Assembly: GCA_963699545.1 (NCBI GenBank)
Contig: CAVOUE010000003.1
Location: 768,001 to 832,000, forward strand
Origin: Nitrospirota bacterium
GTDB lineage: Bacteria > Nitrospirota > Thermodesulfovibrionia > Thermodesulfovibrionales > UBA9159
DNA length: 64,000 nucleotides
Direction: 5' to 3'
Shown here: positions 54,837 through 64,000 of the stretch, in pieces
Layout: each line of letters begins with the position of its first letter
Numbering within the stretch: the first letter of the stretch is position 1
The notes under the pieces: generated by a model
The model's database searches: none
Told to the model about the DNA's origin: nothing
Seen by the model: only the letters and a program-made list of their open reading frames with translations
Made by a program: the position numbers and the translations under genes

Positions 54837-54933
54837 TCCTCTCACCTCCTTTCCTCAGGAATTCCGTATACCCGTTAAAAGCATACACTGAAATTCAACA
54901 GAATTCAACCTCCCTGTGCAATTTTTTGTTTTA

Positions 54934-54961
54934 TTGACACATCGTTAAAAAGTAATATACT
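54934..54961 (+). promoter_or_regulatory. sigma70-like promoter for methyltransferase gene
   Basis: TTGACA-N16-TATACT. Confidence 0.55.
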
Positions 54962-55105
54962 TCTTCTTATGAGTATCTCTTAAGGTCTTTGGATCAGAAG
55001 GCGTTGGGTCAGGGCGGATAGTGAACTCGTATGCTCTGACCGGTGGGCATTTCCCCCGGCCATAATTAAAAGCATAGATACTTTTGAGAAAGAGGGAATA
55101 GTTAC

Positions 55106-56109
55106 ATGGGCATGAATTTGAAAGAGAGGTTGCTCAGGGCACTTGAGACGGGAGGCGGTGGACAGGCCGCCTGCTGCGGTTCCCACACAGAACGCCATTG
55201 TGGAGATAATGGAAAAGAGCGGGTATACGTGGCCCGCTGCACAGAAGAGAGCGAGGGAAATGGCCGGGTTGGCATGGGCTTGCCATGAGATCGGGGGGAT
55301 TGAAAGCGTGCGCGTCCCCTTCGATATCAATGTGGAAGCGGAGGCCATGGGCTGTGAAACCAGGTTCGGCGATGACAACTCGACGCCTCCCCTGTCGGCA
55401 CCGAAAACAAAAGCAGAATATGAGACAATCAGGATACCGAACCCGCGCAAGGATGGCAGGATGCCGGAAGTCCTTGAGGCGATAACCCTTCTGAAGGAGA
55501 AAACCGGCGATGAGGTCCCGTCTGATCGTTGCATTGGGGACGCCCTTTGAGCTTCTCTCGACCACCCTGAGTTTCGAGGATATCACGATGTCCATTCATG
55601 AGGATCCCGATTTTCTTGTGGAGCAACTGGAGAAGATGACCGGAATAGCAGAAACGTATGCAGCTGAGATCGAAAAGAGAGGGCCCGACGTGCTTATGCT
55701 GGTGGACGGAACCTCACAGTCCCTGGGTCCCGCATATTATGCACAGTTTTCCTTTCCCTACACCCGAGCCCTCGTGGATTCTCTGAACAAGCCGACAATC
55801 CTTCATATCTGCGGCAACGCCACGCCTCTGTTGGCCCAGATGGTCGGGACCGGCGTGGATGCCTTCAGCATTGACAAGCCCGTGGATATTCGGAAGGCGC
55901 GTGAGGCCACGGAGGGCAGAGTTGCCCTGTCGGTAATATTTCGCCGCATACCCTCTGCGCCGGAAGCAGGGAGGAGATCAGTGCAGAGACGGAGGAGTCA
56001 TTGAGAGAGGGAATGCGATGTTATTTCCCCTGGCTGCGGCATTTTGCCTCTAACACCCCTGGAGAAGCTGAGGGTGTACGTCGATCGTGTAGTCAAGTGG
56101 AAGGGATGA
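55106..56109 (+). CDS. MtaA/CmuA (UroD-superfamily) corrinoid methyltransferase, frameshifted
   Basis: VDRPP, PFDINVEAEAMGC, LHICG and SPGCG Zn ligands. Confidence 0.85.
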
Positions 56110-56149
56110 AGAGGGGATAACTCCGCATGCGTTCCGGGACAAGTCCCTG

Positions 56150-56723
56150 TCATCCGGCGATCTCCCTGACGAGGTTCAGGAGGCGATCCAGGGTGATCGT
56201 CCTCCTTTCGACCGGAAGACCGGTGAATTCGCTGAATTTCCGCACCTTCTCCCCGTCGATGGGAATGACCCCCGTATCGAAGACGATGATCCTCTTGTAA
56301 TTCGCGAACATCGATTTGAAGTCGAAATCGAAATCCTCTTTTCCGAGGGTGAACATGTCTTCCCAGGCATTGACCCAGCCCGCTGAAAGAAAAAAGCTCG
56401 TCGCCTCGGAGTTCAGGCGCATCACCTCTTCCGCTCCCACCATCGCCTCAAGACAGTTGCCGGCTGCGATCCTTTTAGCGCCGTAGCGCTCAAGGATGTC
56501 CTGGATATCGGGATGACAATGACCATAAATAACCCTGATCTCGGTTCCCGCCTTGGGTTCTCCTCCAGGGCTTCGTGAGCTTTGCTTTCAGCTTGTCAAA
56601 GTTCACGTGCAGGGCAGCATCAAGGAAAACGATCTTCCAGTCGAGACCTTTTTCCCTGATGAGGTATTCCAGTTCTTCTCTGAAGATCCCGCAGCTTATG
56701 AATATGACGGATTTTTCAGTCAC
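56150..56723 (-). CDS. DUF1638-type protein, frameshifted
   Basis: ISCGIF..EL, LDAALH, IYGHCHP, NCLEAMVG, FFLSAGW, FDTG. Confidence 0.75.
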
Positions 56724-56762
56724 GCAGACTCCTCGCCGCCGGGGCACGGCCACCTTGAGCTG

Positions 56763-57266
56763 CTAAAGTTCAAGAACAATGTCGCCGTCCTCTCTCAGCC
56801 TCGATTCGATCATCGCCCTGAGGTCAGAGAGCGAGACGTTGCAGCCCAGGTCCTTTGCGATGCCCTCCTGTACCGACACGAGGCAGTCGTGCTCTATGTC
56901 CGTCGCGACCGGCGCCGGGGGTTTGCCGATTATCTTGATGTTGCAGTGAAAGGTTGCGCGCTCCCCGTTTTTGCTGATCCGGAGGTTCCTTGGTTCGAAG
57001 GACACCGGCTGGAATACGTGGCTCGCATCGATGCGGTGGTAGCCGGTTATCTTCAACTCGTTCACGAGAAACCGCGAGACCGCATCTTCTCCCGCTGCGT
57101 CAGTGTCTATGAGCATGATGCTGCCGGGCCGGTTCTTCTTCGTGATCGTGGGTATGAGCTGGACGTTGTGGGCCCCGCAGGCCATGATCTTTTCCACGGC
57201 GAATCCGAGCACCTCCCCCGAGAGGTGGTCGACCTGAGCAAGAATGATGCGCGACTTCTTCTCCAT
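56763..57266 (-). CDS. Stand-alone LarC C-terminal-like (nickel insertion) domain protein
   Basis: AQVDHLSGEVLG, GA.NV...P.ITKKNRPG, IEHD. Confidence 0.7.
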   Translation of the reverse strand: MEKKSRIILAQVDHLSGEVLGFAVEKIMACGAHNVQLIPTITKKNRPGSIMLIDTDAAGEDAVSRFLVNELKITGYHRIDASHVFQPVSFEPRNLRISKNGERATFHCNIKIIGKPPAPVATDIEHDCLVSVQEGIAKDLGCNVSLSDLRAMIESRLREDGDIVLEL

Positions 57267-57280
57267 TGCGTCCGTTCCTT

Positions 57281-59070
57281 TCAAAAGTCGAGCCCCTTCA
57301 TAATATCTGCCGCCATTTGCGCAGCCTTCCTCAGACTTGGAGCCGGCAGTGCCATAATCACGTTGGCCGCCTCTGCCGACCGTTCCGCAGCCTCCTTGGG
57401 GTCCATTCCCAGAGCGGCTGCCATGCATGCACAAACGACCACATCCAGGGAAGAAGCGCCGCTGCAAAGCAGATCAATGATTGCCGGCGCCACCGCGGAG
57501 ATGGCATCGATTGTCTCCTGGTCGCCCTTCATGAGGGCCTCGGGAGCTGCAGTGGCGAGCACGTTCTTGAGCTCATATACCTTCCCGTCTATTTTGATCT
57601 CCACGTCGATGTAAGCGTCGAAGGCGAAATGTCTCTGGGCGAATGTATGGGTGCGCCTTCCCGATCCCGGCCGCACTTCGGTGAACTTTATATATTCAAT
57701 ATTTCTGTTCAACCGCGTGGACATGCTCTTGGCGACTGCATCAGCGATGGATTCGATATGCCGCTTCTGTACCTCGCGGAGGAGTTCCTCGAGGGACGTA
57801 CCCGTCTTCATCCTGCTGTAGGCGTAGATCGTCCTCTTTGCAACGGCGTTCGTAAGTCCCGGCTCAGTGGCGCGCAGGATAATGTCGGTGAGAGGTCCCC
57901 GCACAATGGCTTCAGCCTTCCGGGCAAGGAGATTGGTGACGGCAACAGCGTCTTCCTTCTGGAAATACTGATTCAGCGTACCCTGAATTACTGAAGATGA
58001 TCTCCTCCTGGGGGACGCCCTTCCCAAAAAGATGAAGCGCGAGGGTCGGCGAGGTGACCCAGTGGTGGATGCGGAGGGACGAACGGGGCCCCCTGCCCTG
58101 CCTGCCCCGATGCATTCCGCTCTCGCGAATTACGGAACAGAGTTCGCAGAACATGATCATCCCAACGACCGTCGGAGTGCCCGAGTCCTTCAAAATGATG
58201 GCAAGGTCACCCACTACCTGTGCGGTCCGTAATTCCTCGTTCGTTCCCCTGATGTGGATGATCTTCGGGCATGCCGGTTTCCTCCACCGCAGCCTTCGCC
58301 ACTGTCTCAGGGGTCCGCGTCACCATGAACTGCCCAAACTCTTCACCTACATAAGCGTCCGGGTGGATGATCTCGAGGGCGGCCGCTGAACCGAAGAGGG
58401 CAGAGAACCACTTGTTCGGCCTCATTCCTGCGGAATGATACGTCTTGATCATTGCCTGTGTCCCGATGCTCGCGAGTTTCTGACCGAGTTTCGGGAAAAG
58501 GTGGTCCTCGCCGATAGCCGAGTGGCCGACCACCGGACCTCCGGCACCGAGGGGAAGAAACCGTGAGGATCGTAAGGAGCGAGGTGTTCCCGGGCAGAGG
58601 GCCTGATAGATCGCAAGGGTCGCTGCAAATCCAGATATCTTGTTGTTCTGTTTCTCCGTCGGGACTGAAGCGAGATCCTGCCCGACGGGATCCCTGCGGC
58701 CATCCTCGCGACCGCGCCGAGTTTACGGTTGGGACAGGGCATTCCGCACTGCACGTTCACGCCCGCCCAGTAGAGCAGCATTGCTGCGCAGGCGCTGCAT
58801 TGGCAGGGTCGGCTCCGCACTCCATGAGCTTCTTCTGACCGCCTTTTCGCGAGTTCATCGACGTCGGTATGGGCCTCGTCGGTAGGCTCGAGTTCGAGCT
58901 TCCTTCCCGTTCAGTATCTCCTTCGGCGATGACGTTCGATGCCGCCCAAATTCCGAGATTGAAAGGCGCCCCAGCCGCCGAGACCTGCATCGAGCTTGTC
59001 AACGGTGAGGAACTCCGGTCGCGCGGTTACCGCCCTGAAGGTGGCGAAGTTCCTCTTTCTTCAGATCTAT
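57281..59070 (-). CDS. Uncharacterised ~590-aa protein, heavily frameshifted (start approximate)
   Basis: Fragments join into one coherent protein: GADPANAA, NRKLGAVARMAAG, NNKISGFAA, GHSAIGED, AAALEIIHPD, LKDSGTPTVVGM, FDAYIDVE. Confidence 0.65.
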
Positions 59071-59096
59071 GCTCCTTTCCAGCGGTCCGGATAGCT

Positions 59097-60128
59097 TCAT
59101 AGATCGCCACTCCGTGGCCACACTCGTAAACGCTCATATATTTTCGTAGGGGCACGGTCGGCGGTATGTCGCAGCCGGGCATGAGGATAAAGTCGCCGTC
59201 GGTTCCTGCAGCCGCAATTATCTTCGTGCAGGTCTCTTCCACGTTGCTCGGACGTCCTCTGAAGCAGTACTTTCACGGGATCTACGTTGCCGGCAAAACA
59301 CATTGTACCAAAAGCGTCTTCTTCGCCTTTGGCGATGTCCGTTTTGTGGTCGAGACTTATGCAGCTACGCACTGTGCGCGGGAAAGAGGTCGAGCCTGTC
59401 CGTCGTGTTCCCGCAGACATGGAGAATAGTCTGAGCACCCATTGATCCGGCCCAGTCGGTGAAGGTCTTGAGGTGGGGAACGACAAAGGTCGCAAACTGC
59501 TTCCGCGATATGAGGTCGCCCGAGGCGGTTGGCTCTCCGATCAGAAGGACTTCGAGGTTCCCTTTTCTGAGCGGCGCTTCGTAGAACTGCATGAGAAGCG
59601 GACGGCGAAGGCCAGCACCTTTTCTACGAAGAGAGGTCTCCTGAAGAGAGCCTTCATCATCGCCTCCTCACCGATAAGTCGCGCCCCAAGCGTAAAGGGA
59701 CCCCAGGAGGTAAGGGTGACGACATACTCGTCGCCAATCAGCGTCTGAGTCGCCGTCAGCGCCTCGCGGAGAGCGGCAATAACGGGGTCCCGCTCGACAG
59801 CCTTCACATCGAGCCTGTCGAGGTCTTCCTCGGAGGCGACGATGACAGACTCCAGGTCCGGCGCCCCGATTTCCCTGAAAACGATCCGGCCTCCGAGGGC
59901 CGCCACGGGGAAATTGGGAAAACCCGAGCCGACATAGACGATGTCGCTGCGGAGTCTTCCCGCCATATCGACGAGCATGGATGTCATAGCCCGGGAGTCC
60001 AGGGAAAGGTCCCTGAAGGTGGTGCCGTAATGATGGACGCTCCACATGCCGCCGCCGATGAGGGCCACCGGCACCCTGTCAGGCCGTCCGCCCCTGAGGG
60101 CGGTGTGGATGATCTCTTTCGGGGTCAT
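59097..60128 (-). CDS. MtaA/UroD-family methyltransferase, frameshifted (3' end approximate)
   Basis: PDRVPV, WGPFTLG, EPTASGDLIS, LHVCG, GNVDP, LMPGCD. Confidence 0.85.
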
Positions 60129-60236
60129 GCGGTTCGGCGGGACCTCCTGTCACGTTTGTGCCGTCTGTGTGTCATTCTCCTCCATTGTATCGTACAGACG
60201 GATAAAAAGTAAGATACTCTCTTTTGGACGGAAGCG

Positions 60237-60269
60237 GAAAAAAAGGGGCGGCCTCTGCAGACCGCCTCC
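60237..60269 (-). terminator. Rho-independent terminator after cooS
   Basis: GGAGGCGGTCTGCAGAGGCCGCCCC followed by T8 on minus strand. Confidence 0.7.
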
Positions 60270-60288
60270 GGCGATTGCATGAAAGGCA

Positions 60289-62208
60289 TTAATCGAACTT
60301 GATGATCTTTCTGTTTTTCATGATATGGGCCTCTATGACATCGGCTGCCTTTACCGGGTCTTCTTCGAAGAACAATCTGCCGCCGGTCACGTTGACAAGG
60401 TCTTCGGTCAGATATTTTACCACCGCGGACTGCCGCTGATCATCGGTTCAGGCGAGACATAGGTGAGCAGACCGTAGGAAAGGGCGGTAGAAGATGTCGG
60501 CGATTGCCTTCTGCTCCATGTATTCAGGTACGGCTGCGGCAACGGGCAGCTCGCTCGAATCGCAGCCTATTGTCCAGCACAGGGCCGCCACGGTATCGAG
60601 GATCTTCCCCACGTCGGTGCATGAACCGTAGGAAACGATGGGAGGGACATCGTATTTTTCACAGATCGACCTCAGTTCGGGTCCGGCGTGTTTCGCCATC
60701 TCCCTTGTCGAAAGGCCGAGGTTCTGGTGGGTCGAGGAGCAGCAGCCGGCCCCGATGACCATGATATTGCGTTTGATCAGCTCCATGGTCAGTTTGTGGA
60801 TCGCGTTTCCACCCTGTCCATGGCGGACAGTGGTGCAACCCGCAACCGCAACCGCGCCCTTTATGTTTCCCTTTTTCATCTCCTCAATATAGCTGTAAAT
60901 ACTGTTGCCGAACATCTTGAGAACGGTTTCGGTGGTGTACCCCGCGATGCACGTAGTCTTTGTCCTGTCGGAAGGCAGATTGATGATCTTCTTATGGCCG
61001 TTTCCGGACCTCCCCTTGAACTGTTTGATGGCGGTCTCGACTACCTGCTCCGCCTGCCTGTCGGCAACCTCGGGGTCGAAATCGAGAGCATCGACATCGG
61101 GGAAACGCACGACAGGGTCTGTGCTGATCAGTTTCGTGCCGTATTTGTCGGCGAAGGTCTTCAGGGTAGGCACCGAACAGTTCATATCCATGAGGAAGAG
61201 ATCGACCACGCCGGTGGCGACAAAAAGCTCTTCCTGTATCCAGTTGCCCAGCTGCCCGCCGAAGACGCTCTTATATTCTTCGCGGCTTGACACGTTCATG
61301 AGCTGCTGTCCCTCGCAGAGGGAGCCGTACAGCTTTATCCCCTTTGCGCCCGCCTGTTTTGCCGCTGCCTGGAAGCGTTCGCTGCCGGCCTTCTCCATGA
61401 TAAGGCTCGCAAACACCGGCTGGTGGCCATTGGCGATGATATTCACCGTTTCCGGATCGAGACAGGCAATGTTGTTCTCTCCGGGGACGAGATCGGCAGT
61501 GCCCATAACGATGTCCTGTATGACCGTGATACCCCAGAGCGCCACGTACTCGTTTGCGTTTCCGAGACGGAGCGCAGTTTTAAGCAGGTCGACGGGATCG
61601 TTGCTCACATTCGTCATGCACTTCGTCAGTGCGGTGAGTATCTCCGAACTCGTCCCTCCCGAGTAAAGACCCTCTCTTTTCCAGACCTCCTTTCTGCTGT
61701 CGAGTGCAAAGAGGTCCATGAGTTTGAGGGGTTCATGGACGGGCTTGCCGATCTCGTTGAGGATGAAATCCGCAAAGATGACTGCCAGTTCATTCACCGG
61801 TTTCGTATGGTCGATCCCGAGCCCCTGGCACATGCGCTGGAGTTTGACCTCGTCTTTCACCTTCAGGGAAGACCTCCCTTCCCCAATCGCCTTCAGGGTA
61901 TTGGCGAGGTTCCGGCACTGATAGGTATTGGCAGCGGTACCGATGATCGCGAGCTGGAGCAGGTTGCGAGCCACGATGAGATCGCCGTTTGCGCCGCAGA
62001 CACCCAACGGGGCCTTTGCGCTTATGCGGCAGGGGCCGTCGGAGCATAATTGACAACTCAATCCCTTCTTACAATAACTACATTGCGGCTGCTGGGCTTC
62101 GAACCTCTCGAATACCGTGCTCATGCCCTGAGATAATGCGGCCATGTGAATTTCATGGCTCTGCAAATCCTGATGTTTCCCTTCAACGGATGTCGGTCTT
62201 CGTTTCAT
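60289..62208 (-). CDS. cooS: Anaerobic Ni-CO dehydrogenase (CooS) family protein, divergent; frameshifts in last ~60 codons
   Basis: QQPQC..C...SCQLCSDGPCRI, GVCGA, NGHQP, SLCEGQ, DMNC, AGC, AGCC, GSCTD, EQKA, EEDPVKAAD. Confidence 0.88.
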
Positions 62209-62692
62209 ACAGTTCCTCCCCTTATTTTATGACAGGCGCCTGAATGCCTCGTCTCGTTGCGGCGTATTCTCTTCCGCATCTGATCCATGAATGCCGCACA
62301 CGGACAACCTGCATCAATGCCACAGAGTTCATTTTCTGCCCAAATGCAATCGCCATATCTCAGTCTAACAGCGGGACGTTCAGGACTGTATGATATGAAT
62401 CATAGGGAAAGAGGTGCCGACAACCGCATAATATATCTGTGGTCTTCCGGAGATGTACCGGAGACGCCTTCGGTATGAAAAAGGTCTTTTATGCGCTATA
62501 CTAGAAAGCAGGTAACGAGGCGGAGGCAGAAGATACAAAAAGAGGTGCCGCAAGCGAGGTGAACATGCCCTTCGACAGGAAAACGAATCTTTGTGCCCGG
62601 CCCGCGTGCGAGGAAAGCGCACTCCGCCTCATTTCAGTTCTGCATGAACCCGCTCTGGAGAAATTCATCAATCTGGCCGTTGGGGGTGCCGC

Positions 62693-64000
62693 ATGAAAGA
62701 GAAGATACCGGTGAGGGGAAAGAAGAAACTTCAATCCCCACATGAGCAACAGGGGCCCCTCAAGAAGTCAATCGAGCGGGAAGCTCTGGTGAAAGAATGC
62801 GATGTGGCAAGGAAAAAGTGCCGTGACGGCAGGAAGTTATATGAGAACATTCTTGACGGACTCACCTGCGGTGTCTGGGTGGCAGATGAAAATGACGTCA
62901 TCTATTATGCCAACAAGGGAATGGAGATGATCGCAGGGGTGACCAAACAGAAGCTCCGGGGGTACCGTGTTCTGGAGGATTCCTCTGAAAGCACCATAGA
63001 TTATTTCAGGCAGCATTACCGGGAAGCAAAAGAGACGCTCCGGCCGGTCTATTATTCGGAGGTTCCCGTTCTCACCCCTGCGGGAAGACAGACGTACCAG
63101 TCAGGGTGGCTGGTCCCGAGGACCTGCAACGAGCAATACTGCGGGATGATCTGTATCCTTGAAGACATCACCAATGAGAAGGAGATCAGGAAAGCCCTTC
63201 GGGAAAGCGAAGCAAAGTACGGGCAGCTTGTGGAGAACGTCAACAGCATCATCATGAGGCTGGACCTGGACGGCAACATAACGTTTATCAATGAGTTCGG
63301 GCAGCGGTTCTTCGGGTTCAGGCAAGATGAGATCATATGCAGGAATGTGGTGGGGACCATCGTTCCTGAAACGGACACGTCCCGGCGAAGCGTTCAGACC
63401 ATGCTGAGGAATATCGGAAAGTTCCCGAGCCGTTATGCCAACAAGGAACATGAAAATGTCCTCAAGAACGGGGAACGCGTCTGGATCGCCTGGACGAACA
63501 AGGCGATATATGATGAGAGCGGAAACGTCACCGAGATCCTCTGTGTCGGGAACGACATCAGCCAGCGCAAACACGGCGAGGCTTTGTTGAAGAAATGCCG
63601 CACCAATCTTGAAAAGGTGGTGAAGAAGCGGACCGTTGAATTAAAAAAGGCCAATGAAGCACTGAGGCAGGAGATCAGCGAACGGCAGTGGGCTGAAGAG
63701 ATCCTGCAGAGTTCTGAAAAGAAATACCGCCTTGTGGCCGAGAATGCCAACGAGGGGATCGTGATCAGCCAGGACGGATTCCTCAGGTATGTGAATCCCA
63801 AGGCAGTAAAGATCATCGGGTATTCCGAAGAGGAACTCACCTCGAGGCATTTCATCGAGTTCGTTCATCCCGATGACAGGGATTTCATGACGGAGCGGTA
63901 TCTGAGAAGGTTGAGGGGCGACAACCTGCCCAATGTCTATTCCTGCAGGATTATCGACAGGGAAGGCACGATAAAATGGGTGGAGATCAATGCGGTACTG
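62693..64000 (+). CDS. Multi-PAS sensor protein (probable histidine kinase/regulator), truncated by window end
   Basis: Open frame from ATG 62693; repeated PAS/PAC units (YANKG, EDIT, LRESEAKY, FINEFG, GNDISQRK, FVHPDDR). Confidence 0.85.
   Translation, partial: MKEKIPVRGKKKLQSPHEQQGPLKKSIEREALVKECDVARKKCRDGRKLYENILDGLTCGVWVADENDVIYYANKGMEMIAGVTKQKLRGYRVLEDSSESTIDYFRQHYREAKETLRPVYYSEVPVLTPAGRQTYQSGWLVPRTCNEQYCGMICILEDITNEKEIRKALRESEAKYGQLVENVNSIIMRLDLDGNITFINEFGQRFFGFRQDEIICRNVVGTIVPETDTSRRSVQTMLRNIGKFPSRYANKEHENVLKNGERVWIAWTNKAIYDESGNVTEILCVGNDISQRKHGEALLKKCRTNLEKVVKKRTVELKKANEALRQEISERQWAEEILQSSEKKYRLVAENANEGIVISQDGFLRYVNPKAVKIIGYSEEELTSRHFIEFVHPDDRDFMTERYLRRLRGDNLPNVYSCRIIDREGTIKWVEINAVL

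Noticed and set aside
59097-59140. TGA near the end of the second methyltransferase as selenocysteine
   Set aside because: Lies in a frameshift-ridden stretch, not at a Cys position, and no SECIS-like hairpin is evident

Overview
Bacterial chromosome segment from an anaerobe with an outer membrane. Gene content is compatible with Nitrospirota/Thermodesulfovibrionia or Desulfobacterota; this is an inference and was not tested. Many genes carry 1-bp frameshifts, most likely long-read assembly errors. From left to right: leuB, ppdK, ggt, a GntR regulator and tRNA-Leu(TAG); a ~21-kb block bounded by ~69-bp imperfect inverted repeats (Ca/H exchanger, RND pump, AspT-type antiporter, DUF3141-MaoC/Pta-AckA-FabI operon, DUF3300/DUF2950, mazEF); GH63 and GH13 glycosidases; a ~12-kb region (35.1-47.2 kb); a candidate DUF1573 selenoprotein; an HTH regulator; PilZ, TPM and LemA genes; an L,D-transpeptidase with an Lpp-like lipoprotein; a divergent CooS plus methyltransferase locus; and a PAS sensor running off the window. 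The 35.1-47.2 kb region is the best candidate for an undescribed system. It has ferrosome (fez)-like parts (a GxxxG/DUF5132-type protein and four HMA2-type domains), but its pump is a Ca2+-type (P2) ATPase. That ATPase is translationally coupled to a MetK paralog that has lost all four methionine-binding residues. The region also encodes a 22-mer amphipathic-repeat protein, three small Cys4 paralogs and a secreted phosphoesterase, and six 11-bp-periodic Pho-box-like arrays sit upstream of its genes. All family calls come from motif recognition by eye; no searches were run.
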